Source: Candidatus Latescibacterota bacterium
Lineage (GTDB): Bacteria > Latescibacterota > UBA2968
Direction: 5' to 3'
DNA length: 64,000 nt
Assembly: GCA_965116885.1 (NCBI GenBank)
Contig: OZ220741.1
Span: 5,493,750 to 5,557,749, forward strand
Shown: positions 20,922 to 30,041 of the stretch, piece after piece
Layout: each line of letters begins with the position of its first letter
Position numbering within the stretch: position 1 is the stretch's first letter
Program-made: the position numbers and the translations under genes
Notes under the pieces: model-generated
The model's database searches: none
What the model saw: only the letters and a program-made list of their open reading frames with translations
What the model was told of the DNA's origin: nothing

Positions 20922-21304
20922 ACCTTTGGGTTCACCTCTTTGCCCTTTTGTAGGGGATAGGAGAGGTTGGTTTTACGATTTTTTTAAGCAACCACGGATG
21001 AATACCGATAAACACGAATGAAAGGCAAAAAGCCGAAAGCAACCACAGCATAGGCAGGCAACACAACAGAGTGTCTAAAATCCCTAAAATTCGATAAGCA
21101 GCATCAATCACAGGGATTGACCCCAAGCCCTAAACTCTCCACCGAAGCGGGGTAACTCCAGCACAATAAAAACCCTGCAAGATAGCGTAAGCGCCCTGCA
21201 AGATTCGGTGAACAAACATCCAGATAGACACCTTCACATTATAGCGGCGAAACTTGATACCTTGAGAGACCTTTACAAAGTGACCAAGGAATAGGAGAAA
21301 CACC

Positions 21305-22141
21305 ATGCGACAAGTGCTTATTGCCTTCTTTATTCCGGCCTTATTGGGACTTTTCGCGGTTGCATCTGCCCAACTGCCGCACACCGGGGATAGTGCGCCT
21401 TCACCTAATGAGACTTTTCAAGACTGTGATGAATGCCCAAAGATGATTGTCGTGCCGTCAGGATCGTTCACGATGGGGTCACGCGCGCGTGAGAGGGGTC
21501 CTGCTAATGAAAGGCCGAGGCATAGGGTTCGTATAGATTACCAGTTTGCAGTGGGTGTATATGAGGTGACATTTGACGAATGGTATGCTTGTCTGGATGC
21601 AGGAGGTTGTGGAAACTATCTTCCGGATATTCCAGATGATAGCTGGGACCGCGGGAATCGTCCTGTGATCAATGTGAACTGGGAAGATGCCCAGTCTTAT
21701 GTTCGTTGGTTGTCAGCCCGGACGGGTAAAACGTATCGTTTATTGAGTGAAGCGGAATGGGAGTATGTGGCACGGGCAGGTACAGAGACGGCGTATAGCT
21801 GGGGGGACAGTATCGGTGTCAACCGTGCCAATTGCTCTGGTTGCGGCAGTCAGTGGGATGGTAAGATGACAGCACCAGTGGGATCATTCGCGGCGAATGC
21901 CTGGGGCGTTTACGATATGCACGGGAATGTGTGGGAATGGGTTCAAGATTGCTGGAATGATAGCTATGTGGGCGCACCTTCAGACAGTTCTGCATGGGAG
22001 TCTGGGGATTGCTCTGAGCATGTGATACGTGGTGGTTCGTGGGGCGAAGTACCGAGAAACCTGCGTTCTGCGTATCGCTACGGGATGAACACCGAGTACC
22101 GGTTCAGATTCCTCTGTTTTCGAGTTGTCCGGGATCTTTAA
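21305..22141 (+). CDS. Secreted FGE-sulfatase/CLec-fold protein D (paralog of B)
   Basis: AGGAG RBS; signal peptide; shares LLGLFAVASAQLPHTGDSAPSP and NYLPDIPD.SWDR with B. Confidence 0.9.
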   Translation: MRQVLIAFFIPALLGLFAVASAQLPHTGDSAPSPNETFQDCDECPKMIVVPSGSFTMGSRARERGPANERPRHRVRIDYQFAVGVYEVTFDEWYACLDAGGCGNYLPDIPDDSWDRGNRPVINVNWEDAQSYVRWLSARTGKTYRLLSEAEWEYVARAGTETAYSWGDSIGVNRANCSGCGSQWDGKMTAPVGSFAANAWGVYDMHGNVWEWVQDCWNDSYVGAPSDSSAWESGDCSEHVIRGGSWGEVPRNLRSAYRYGMNTEYRFRFLCFRVVRDL

Positions 22142-22219
22142 CTCCTCTCATCTAACAGGTGCCCAAATGCTTCAAGACTGGACACCTGTATCGCCGCGCG
22201 GTGCAACTGCTTGAGGCGT
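22139..22219 (-). repeat. Duplicated 3' end of the Rpn-tail-like gene (also at 9961-10041 and 22427-22499)
   Basis: CTCATCTAA.AG.TGCCCAAATGCTTCAAG.CTGGACACCTG.ATCGCCGC.CGGTGCAA.TGCTTGAG occurs three times. Confidence 0.85.
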
Positions 22220-22250
22220 GAGATAGGGGCATTTCAGGCATCAAAAGTTA

Positions 22251-22372
22251 TAGACATAATCCTACAGTTGTCTATATCAATAATTCCGCAATTGTCAGTT
22301 TCAATAGAGACAATTTCCTACAATTGTCATTCTCAATAGCGACAACTTTCCGCAATTGTCTATCTCGATAGG
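22251..22372. repeat. Four degenerate tandem units (24-32 bp) built on GACAA-N10-TTGTC
   Basis: GACATAATCCTACAGTTGTC / TAATTCCGCAATTGTC / GACAATTTCCTACAATTGTC / GACAACTTTCCGCAATTGTC, each followed by a TCAATA-like spacer. Confidence 0.75.
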
Positions 22373-22423
22373 TGTTTTATCAAGAACACTTCCAACACCG
22401 CTCTTTTATCTTAGGAGATCGCG

Positions 22424-22954
22424 TCACTCATCTAAGAGATGCCCAAATGCTTCAAGGCTGGACACCTGAATCGCCGCGCGGTGCAATTGCTTGAGACGTT
22501 GCAGATCGTCGATAGCGGCAATGCGAGCAGATAGGGGATCTGTCTTGAGGAGATCAAATCGAATCTCCAGCACGTCGAGAATACTTTCCCGGAGTCCTTG
22601 CTCTATGCCTTGCTCTATGCCTTGTTCAATTCCTTTTCTTTTCCCATCCTGGAAGCGTTTTTCAAGATATCTTTCAGTCTCAGCACGGATTTTTTGAACT
22701 GGGACGATCATGAGATTTACCCCCTCTATAATGAAGAATGCTAAAGTGATAGCAGAGAGACCTATGGATCCTATAATACTGATTACCGTAATAATTGCAT
22801 CGTAATCAGGTTCAGTAATTTTGTACCAATTGTACCAAAGAACCAGTGCCAGAGAAGAGACAAAGAACAGTGCTGCTAAAGCTATCAGCCATGTTCTTTC
22901 TGTATCTCCGGTGCTCCAAATCGACACCCTTTCTTCTTCCGTTTTCTCCGCCAT
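22424..22954 (-). CDS. Two-TM membrane protein fused to a GIEQ-repeat Rpn-like C-terminal tail
   Basis: Hydrophobic segments WLIALAALFFVSSLALVLWY and IITVISIIGSIGLSAITLAFFII, then GIEQGIEQGIEQG-LRESILDVLEIRF...LEAFGHLLDE. Confidence 0.7.
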   Translation of the reverse strand: MAEKTEEERVSIWSTGDTERTWLIALAALFFVSSLALVLWYNWYKITEPDYDAIITVISIIGSIGLSAITLAFFIIEGVNLMIVPVQKIRAETERYLEKRFQDGKRKGIEQGIEQGIEQGLRESILDVLEIRFDLLKTDPLSARIAAIDDLQRLKQLHRAAIQVSSLEAFGHLLDE

Positions 22955-23458
22955 TCTGTTGTGCCTTTTCACTTCTCTAATATAAGTATAGAGAAAATAG
23001 ATTTCTAATGCAATTTCGGCCTGGGTATGGTTTCAATGTCTGCCATAAGAGATGCCTCAGGTCTGAGAGTTGGTTGTACTCTGGACGAACGCAACAGTCA
23101 GAACTCAAGCAAATATCAGGCCAAAAATGCAAACATCACAAAATTGCACGATAAAAAGGCTCAAAAGAAGTTCGGGCACCTCTTATTATGCTGTATTGTG
23201 CAGTTGTTCACAATTTGAATTAAGAATCACTTGTGAAATCGGAGATGGTGGAGAACAAGCGTTGGCGGCAAAAGTGTATATTTTGAGCAATAAATGAGCG
23301 GTATGGTGAAAGAAATGTACTTCTCCTCCAGACCAATCTCGTGCAGCAAATCCAACTTTTTTTATCGCAAAGTTCTTGTGTACTCAACAACAGTGTTTTA
23401 TAATGTGCTTCATCAAACAAGACCCCAATCTAATCACACAAAAACAAAAGAGGCCGCG

Positions 23459-24703
23459 ATGAACAACACCGCCACAATACACACCCGTGCCTGGGCGGGT
23501 GATGAAGCCCTCACCCTCACCTTTCCCGAAGGCTGGACAGTCGAAACCTTTGGACCAGAGGAATGCCCCCAAGTCACCGCAGACCAGATCCAAACCGCCT
23601 TTGACAACCCCATCGGCACACCGCGGATAGCGGAACTCGCCAAAGGGAAAAACAGTGCCGCAATCATCGTAGATGACCTGAGCCGTCCCACACCCGCAGC
23701 CGAACTCATCCCCTATGTCCTCAAAGAACTCGACGACGCCGGCATACCCAAAAATCAAATCCGCTTTGTCGTAGGTGGAGGCTCTCACCGCCCAATCGAC
23801 GCGGAAGAAATCGACAAAAAAGTAGGCGCTGATATTGCCCGCGCCTATCAAGTCACGAATCACTATTTCATGAGCGGCGACCTGCGCGCCCTGGGCAGCC
23901 TGGACAGCGGCCTCCCCATTTACATCGACAGAGTTGTCGCAGATGCCGACCTCAAGCTCTGCGTAGGCGGCATCTACCCTCACGGCAACGTGGGATTTGG
24001 CGGCGGCGCCAAACTCATCTTGCCAGGCGTCTCGGGCTTTGCCACCATGTTCTACTTCCACACCTTTTACGCAAATCGAGGACACGCCAATATTGAACGA
24101 CAGGGCGACGAACCCGACCATCGAGACGCCGCCGAAGCAGTCGCAAAAGTCCTGGGCCTCGATGCCGTCGTCAACGTGACACTCAACCGCAAACGCCAGA
24201 TCAGCGGTGTCTTTGTGGGCGACTTCATCCAGGCGCAGCGCACAGGCGCCCGATTCGCTCTCAAAACCTACGCAACCCAGGCACCAGAAACAGAGCCTGA
24301 CCTCATCATTGCCAACTGCTATCCGCTCGACTACGACCCCATTCAAACCGGCAAAGCACTCTGGCCGCTTCGACTGTTCAAAAACGCGTACAAAGTCGCC
24401 ATCAATCCCGCCACCGATGGCATCTGTCACCACGGACTATACGACGAAATAGACTACGCGCGGTTTTGCAAACTAAAAGCCGAACAACCTGACCAAGAAC
24501 TTCCCGATCCCAAAATCGAAGGCCCGCACCAGACCCTGATGTGGTCTGAAAACTTTCCGGTTGACGAATTTTACAAACGCAATCCTGACGGTGTCCTCTT
24601 CCGCGATTGGGACACACTCCGCAACCAACTCATCGAAAAATTGCCCGATAATGCCCGCGTCGCCGTATTTCCCAATGCAGCCATCCAAGTTTCTGCAAAA
24701 TAA
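23459..24703 (+). CDS. LarA (lactate racemase) family nickel-pincer racemase/epimerase
   Basis: IIVDDLSRPTP, GGGSHRP, PHGNVGFGGGAKLILPG motifs; start set at ATG 23459. Confidence 0.8.
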   Translation: MNNTATIHTRAWAGDEALTLTFPEGWTVETFGPEECPQVTADQIQTAFDNPIGTPRIAELAKGKNSAAIIVDDLSRPTPAAELIPYVLKELDDAGIPKNQIRFVVGGGSHRPIDAEEIDKKVGADIARAYQVTNHYFMSGDLRALGSLDSGLPIYIDRVVADADLKLCVGGIYPHGNVGFGGGAKLILPGVSGFATMFYFHTFYANRGHANIERQGDEPDHRDAAEAVAKVLGLDAVVNVTLNRKRQISGVFVGDFIQAQRTGARFALKTYATQAPETEPDLIIANCYPLDYDPIQTGKALWPLRLFKNAYKVAINPATDGICHHGLYDEIDYARFCKLKAEQPDQELPDPKIEGPHQTLMWSENFPVDEFYKRNPDGVLFRDWDTLRNQLIEKLPDNARVAVFPNAAIQVSAK

Positions 24704-24869
24704 TGGCCTGAAAAAGCGGAATTTTACTTTCACTCACGCGCCTATCATGCTATATTGGGCGCCGATGCAATTATGAAAAAAATCACGCAAGAGAACGGGG
24801 TGCGGTAGGGACTGGGGGAGATCCTTGCCAATCCCTTGTTCTCTTGCGTTATTATATTTGGAGGACGCC

Positions 24870-25670
24870 ATGTTGACACAAGAACAAATCGACTTCTACC
24901 ACGAAAATGGGTACCTCAAATGCGAAGCCCTCTTTACCCCTGAAGAAACCGCCGAACTCGGCTCGGAAATGGTGCGCATCATCGAAAACTGGGGCAATGA
25001 GACCATCGGCTGGCGGGGCCCCTGGCGCGATCGATACCTGCCCGAAGACGAACGCCTCAACACCAAAGCCGTCTTCATGCACAATCCCCAATTCTACTCC
25101 GCAACCTGGGGACGCGCCATCTTTAACGACCGACTCGTCGGCTGTGTGGAAGACCTGATCCGCGACACCGTTCAATGGCACCACACCGTACTCCATGCCA
25201 AACCGCCAGAACTCGGCACGCCTTTTCCCATGCACCAGGACTATCCCTTTTATCCGCACGACGGCCCCGACTTTGTCGATTGCTTGCTACACCTGGACGA
25301 CACCCCAATAGAAAGCGGGTGCTTGCGCGTGGTACCCGGCAGCCACAAAAAGGGTCCGCTCGTCCACGTCCTGGGGCCAGACACCTCTCCTCATCTGCCG
25401 CCAGACGAATACCACCCCGACAAAATCGACTCCATCCTGATCCCGGCAAAAGCAGGAGACGTCATCTTCTTTAGCTATCAGATCATTCACTGGTCCGACT
25501 GCAACCGCACCGACGAATGGCGAAAATCCGTGCGCTTCGGCTACCACAGCACCCAAATGCAACCCGTGGGCCGCGCAGAAGACGACCCCTACCGCATCGA
25601 CCCCAACAACATCCTGGAACGCAAAGACAGCACCATTGTATCCGGCTTTAGAATGAACGAAGCGAATTAA
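24870..25670 (+). CDS. Phytanoyl-CoA dioxygenase (PhyH) family Fe/2OG enzyme
   Basis: MLTQEQIDFYHENGYL, HQD, GCLRVVPGSH, distal His; GGAGG RBS. Confidence 0.88.
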   Translation: MLTQEQIDFYHENGYLKCEALFTPEETAELGSEMVRIIENWGNETIGWRGPWRDRYLPEDERLNTKAVFMHNPQFYSATWGRAIFNDRLVGCVEDLIRDTVQWHHTVLHAKPPELGTPFPMHQDYPFYPHDGPDFVDCLLHLDDTPIESGCLRVVPGSHKKGPLVHVLGPDTSPHLPPDEYHPDKIDSILIPAKAGDVIFFSYQIIHWSDCNRTDEWRKSVRFGYHSTQMQPVGRAEDDPYRIDPNNILERKDSTIVSGFRMNEAN

Positions 25671-25674
25671 CCGT

Positions 25675-26919
25675 ATGAACAAACCCAACATCATCATCGT
25701 ACTCGCCGACGACATGGGCTATGGCGATTCCAGTGCGTACGGGGGCTGGATCGACACGCCCGCAATGGAACAAATGGCCCGCGAAGGGCTTAAATTCACC
25801 GACTTCCACGCCAGCGGTGCGGTTTGCAGCCCCACGCGCGCCGGACTCCTCACCGGACGCTATCAACAGCGCGCAGGCGTACCCAAAGTAATCGGTGCCA
25901 ATCCCCAAAGTGCCGACCACTATGTGGGATTGTACCCCTCTGAAATCACCTTTCCCAAACTGCTCAAAAAAGCGGGCTACACCTCTGCCATCTTTGGCAA
26001 ATGGCACCTCGGATACGACAAAAAATTCAATCCCCTGCACCACGACTTTGATCGCTTTCGCGGATATGTAAGCGGCAACATCGACTACATCTCGCACTAC
26101 GACCGCATGGAAACTTACGACTGGTGGGAGGGCCTCGAACACATCGAAGAAGAAGGCTATACCACACACCTCATCACCCAGCATTCCGTACAATTCATCA
26201 AAGACCATAAAGACACGCCCTTTTGCCTCTACGTCGCACACGAAGCCGTACACACCCCATTGCAGGGACCTGACGACCCCGCCATTCGCGGTCCAGAAAA
26301 AGCGGCCTTTCATCCCGACGACCCCCGGGAAACCTATTGCCAGATGATGAAAGCCATGGACGACAGCCTGGCCGAAATCATGGGCACAGTGCGGGAACTC
26401 GGAATTGAAGAAAACACCCTCGTCTTCTTCTTTTCCGACAACGGCGGCACCCGTCAAAATCCCGAATCCAACGCCCCATTGCGCGGGAACAAAGGCACCG
26501 TATGGGAAGGCGGCCACCGCGTCCCCGCCATTGCCTGGTGGCCCGGAACAATAGCCCCCCACAGCGTCACCGACCAACTCGCCATCAGCATCGACCTCTT
26601 TCCCACCATGTGCGACCTCGCAGGGGCACCTGCGCCCGACAATCACTTTGACGGCATCAGCCTCAAATCCACCTTCCTGGGCGAAAATGAACCCGGTGCC
26701 CGACAACTATTCTGGAATGGCCTTGCCATGCGCGACGACAAGTACAAGCTCGTAATCGACAAAGGCACGCCACATCTCTTCGATCTATCCCGTGACATAT
26801 CGGAAAGCAACGACCTCGCATCGCAACAACCCGACCGCGTCCGGCAAATGTGCCATGCAATCGATGCCTGGAAACGCGACGTAGCCGACGGCGCAACACC
26901 GCAAAAAGATACATTCTGA
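25675..26919 (+). CDS. Cys-type (FGly) sulfatase
   Basis: PNIIIVLADDMGYGD, CSPTRAGLLTGR, GKWHLG, SDNGG. Confidence 0.95.
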   Translation: MNKPNIIIVLADDMGYGDSSAYGGWIDTPAMEQMAREGLKFTDFHASGAVCSPTRAGLLTGRYQQRAGVPKVIGANPQSADHYVGLYPSEITFPKLLKKAGYTSAIFGKWHLGYDKKFNPLHHDFDRFRGYVSGNIDYISHYDRMETYDWWEGLEHIEEEGYTTHLITQHSVQFIKDHKDTPFCLYVAHEAVHTPLQGPDDPAIRGPEKAAFHPDDPRETYCQMMKAMDDSLAEIMGTVRELGIEENTLVFFFSDNGGTRQNPESNAPLRGNKGTVWEGGHRVPAIAWWPGTIAPHSVTDQLAISIDLFPTMCDLAGAPAPDNHFDGISLKSTFLGENEPGARQLFWNGLAMRDDKYKLVIDKGTPHLFDLSRDISESNDLASQQPDRVRQMCHAIDAWKRDVADGATPQKDTF

Positions 26920-26931
26920 TAGAGGAAATTT

Positions 26932-28473
26932 ATGCTTGGACTACACCTGCTGGACTTTGCCACGCTCGCCATCTATTTAATCGGCATCATGATTGCCGGC
27001 TTATGGGTCGCCCGCAAAATCAAAAATACGGGCGACTATTTTATGGGCGGGCGCAGCTTTGGCAAAGCATTTATGATCATGCACGCCTTTGGCACCGGCA
27101 CCCACACCGATCAGGCCGTAACCGTTGCAGGCGCCTCCTACAAACTGGGCATGGCGGGAATCTGGTATCAATGGCTCTATCTATTTGCCACCCCCTTCTA
27201 CTGGCTCATCGCGCCAATATGGCGAAGGCTGCGCTACCTCACCATCGCGGACTTCTTTGAAGACCGATTCAGCAACTCGCTCGGTTACTTCTACGCCCTC
27301 TATGGCCTGCTCTACTTTGCCATACAAATCGGCATCATGCTCCTGGGCACCGGCAAAACAGCCAGCGCCATGACCGGCGGCGCGATATCTCCCGAAATCG
27401 CCATCGGTGTGATGACTGTCCTCTTCCTCTCCTACGGTCTCTTAGGCGGCCTGCCCGCGGCCATCATCACCGACTTTATCCAGGGCATCTTCATCATCGT
27501 CCTCTCGTTTCTCCTCGTCCCCTTTGTCATCGACGGCGTCGGCGGCTTCACCGGCCTTCACCAGCAAGTACCCATTGAAAAATTCAGCCTCGAAGCACCC
27601 GGTGATCCCCCGCCCGGATACGACCGCATCACCCCCTTCTTCATCGTCATGGTCGTCATCAACGCCCTCGTCGGCATCATTGCCCAACCCCACCACATGG
27701 AAATTGGCGGCGCGGGCAAAACCGAACGCGAAGCCCGCGTGGGATTCACATACGGCAACATGATCAAACGCCTCTGCACCGTAGCCTGGGCATTTACCGG
27801 CGTAGCCTGCATTGCCCTTTATCCCAACATCGACGATCCCGAACACGCTTTTGGGCTCGCCTCGCGCGACCTCTTGCCCATCGGTCTCGTCGGCATCATG
27901 CTCGCCTCGATGATCGCCGCGGTCATGTCCACCTGCGACTCATTCATGGTCGATGGCGCTGCCCTCTTTGTCGAAAACTTTTACAAACCCCTCTTCAAGC
28001 CCGAAGCCGACGACAAACACTACCTCACCACGGGCCGCATCGTCGCCCTCATACTCGTCATATTCGGCATAATCATCGCACTCTATTTCACCTCTGTCGT
28101 CGCAATTATCCGCCTCTCCTGGTCCCTCGTGGCGTTCTTTGGGATTGCATTTTGGGGCGGAATTCTCTGGCGCAGATGCAATGCGCCCGGCGCCTGGGCG
28201 GGCCTGATCGTCTCGGCGTTCTTATTCGCCATATCCGGTCAAACAATCATCAATTTGGAAAGCCTGGGCATCTACATTGGCGGCCTCGACTGGGAATTGC
28301 CCTATCGCTACGTACTCTACATCGCCGGAGGCTTTGCCGCACTCATCATCGTAAGCAAACTCACCAAACCGCAAGACAAAGAGCGACTCGACCGCTTTTA
28401 CACCTTGCTCCACACACCTGTGGGACAAGAGCACAAATTGCGCGAAGCCGGTATAAAAGTCGTTCTGGAGTAA
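26932..28473 (+). CDS. Sodium:solute symporter (SSS) family transporter
   Basis: DYFMGGRS, GGLPAAIITDFIQG, AAVMST and many TM segments. Confidence 0.92.
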   Translation: MLGLHLLDFATLAIYLIGIMIAGLWVARKIKNTGDYFMGGRSFGKAFMIMHAFGTGTHTDQAVTVAGASYKLGMAGIWYQWLYLFATPFYWLIAPIWRRLRYLTIADFFEDRFSNSLGYFYALYGLLYFAIQIGIMLLGTGKTASAMTGGAISPEIAIGVMTVLFLSYGLLGGLPAAIITDFIQGIFIIVLSFLLVPFVIDGVGGFTGLHQQVPIEKFSLEAPGDPPPGYDRITPFFIVMVVINALVGIIAQPHHMEIGGAGKTEREARVGFTYGNMIKRLCTVAWAFTGVACIALYPNIDDPEHAFGLASRDLLPIGLVGIMLASMIAAVMSTCDSFMVDGAALFVENFYKPLFKPEADDKHYLTTGRIVALILVIFGIIIALYFTSVVAIIRLSWSLVAFFGIAFWGGILWRRCNAPGAWAGLIVSAFLFAISGQTIINLESLGIYIGGLDWELPYRYVLYIAGGFAALIIVSKLTKPQDKERLDRFYTLLHTPVGQEHKLREAGIKVVLE

Positions 28474-28482
28474 GGATTCATC

Positions 28483-30024
28483 ATGCGTCTCAGGTCCATA
28501 TTGCTTATCGCCGCACTCTACACGAGTTTGGGGTATTCCTCTCAAGCCGCCGATCCCGTACTACATCTAAAAACTGACCAGACGCAACCCCTCCCCAAAA
28601 GCCTCTATGGCTTCAACACGAACATGATGAGCGGTGACTACGGCTATCTCGACGCCAACTTCGTCGCACTCACAAAAGACCTTCAACCCCAGATACTGCG
28701 TTTTCCCGGAGGCACAATCGGCAATTTTTACCACTGGAAAATAGCTGGCTTCATCCAGAGCGAAATGAGTTCAACCGGCAGCGAGCAACTCAACAGACGA
28801 AACAGAGGCAATTTTGTCAGACTGCGAAAAAGGAGAAATGGGAGACTCGCATTTGACGACTTCATGCAGATGTGCAACGCGCTAAAAATAACGCCCATCG
28901 TAGTCGTCAACCTGTGGACGGGGAGCCCGGAAGAAAGTGCCGGATGGGTCCAATACGCAAAAAACAAGGGATATGAGATCGCGCATTGGGAACTCGGCAA
29001 CGAGCATTATCTGCCGTGGTACGCGGAAAAATACCCCTCTGCCGAAACCTATATCGCACAAGCCAAAAAACATGCACAGGCGATGAAAGCCGTTGACCCA
29101 ACCATAAAAGTCTCGGTTTGTGCAAGCCCGGTAGCCTTCCACAAAAACGGCTTTGAAAAAAACATAGACCAACGCAACTGGGACAGTGCCTTGGCGGCTG
29201 CGGATCAATTCTACGACGCCTATACCGTTCACGCCTATGCTTATCGAACCGCTCGAAAAAAAGAAATTGAGGAATATCGGGGCTATCTCTTTGGTTGGAT
29301 CCACTGCGATTTCGATGACGCCATGGCCTATTATAAAAAATTATTCCCCAGCAAAGAAATGTGGATAACAGAATGGAATATCGCCAACCCCGCAAACCGG
29401 GTCGCCAACACACAACTCCACGCTATGTACACGGGCGACTTCTTCTTAAAAATGCTCACACAACCGCGCATCACCCATGCAAATTTTCACGTCATTGCTG
29501 GCCCCGGCAAAGGATTCCCCACATTCTCCCCAATCACCCCCCCATCGCCGAGAACCAATTGGAAATACGGAGGTGAACCAGAGTCGGACTTTGGAAAAAC
29601 AATTCGGCGCGCGACCTACTATCCCCTCCAGTTAATCGGAGAAGCATTCGCGCAATCGGACACAAAATACTCCCTCGCCATCCAAAATCCACCCATCCTC
29701 AACGGACAACTCGAATACGAGGGAAAACAAATACCGGGCGTTCAAGCACAGGCAGTCGGAAGTGCCGCGCACCTTTTTGTACTCATCAGCAACCGCACAG
29801 CAGACGACCTATCGCCGGGCCTCACCATCGACGGCAAAAAATATGAAGGCGCGCTCACATATCGCTACGTAGCCCATGAAAGACTCAATGCATCAAATGG
29901 CGGAAATGCGGAAATGGAAGGCGCGGGCAAAATAGAAGTCGCGATCCGCGAATGGTCTGGCGCCTGCACTAATCTCTTGATTCCCAAAAATAGTTTTGGC
30001 ATTTTAAAGCTATCGCTCAACTAA
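28483..30024 (+). CDS. Secreted clan GH-A glycoside hydrolase (GH79/GH51-like)
   Basis: Signal peptide; LRFPGG, WELGNE (acid/base) and WITEWN (nucleophile). Confidence 0.75.
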   Translation: MRLRSILLIAALYTSLGYSSQAADPVLHLKTDQTQPLPKSLYGFNTNMMSGDYGYLDANFVALTKDLQPQILRFPGGTIGNFYHWKIAGFIQSEMSSTGSEQLNRRNRGNFVRLRKRRNGRLAFDDFMQMCNALKITPIVVVNLWTGSPEESAGWVQYAKNKGYEIAHWELGNEHYLPWYAEKYPSAETYIAQAKKHAQAMKAVDPTIKVSVCASPVAFHKNGFEKNIDQRNWDSALAAADQFYDAYTVHAYAYRTARKKEIEEYRGYLFGWIHCDFDDAMAYYKKLFPSKEMWITEWNIANPANRVANTQLHAMYTGDFFLKMLTQPRITHANFHVIAGPGKGFPTFSPITPPSPRTNWKYGGEPESDFGKTIRRATYYPLQLIGEAFAQSDTKYSLAIQNPPILNGQLEYEGKQIPGVQAQAVGSAAHLFVLISNRTADDLSPGLTIDGKKYEGALTYRYVAHERLNASNGGNAEMEGAGKIEVAIREWSGACTNLLIPKNSFGILKLSLN

Positions 30025-30041
30025 CTCCCGAGGAGGCTATC

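Noticed and set aside
20922..21304. Possible DGR template repeat between CLec genes C and D
   Set aside because: A-rich, but has no match to the CGTGGTGGTTCGTGG...TTTCGAGTTGCCCGG frame.
8266..22141. Calling the FGE-domain genes true formylglycine-generating enzymes for the nearby sulfatase
   Set aside because: They lack the catalytic Cys pair after RGGS, have signal peptides and are hypervariable at that site.
22251..22372. CRISPR array
   Set aside because: Units are degenerate, spacers are about 12 bp or less and similar to each other, and there are no cas genes.
22424..22954. Functional Rpn/YhgA transposase-like nuclease
   Set aside because: Only the C-terminal tail is present; there is no PD-(D/E)XK domain.
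24805..24836. Second GTAG REP-like palindrome
   Set aside because: Imperfect stem and dissimilar to 31498-31524; too weak to call.
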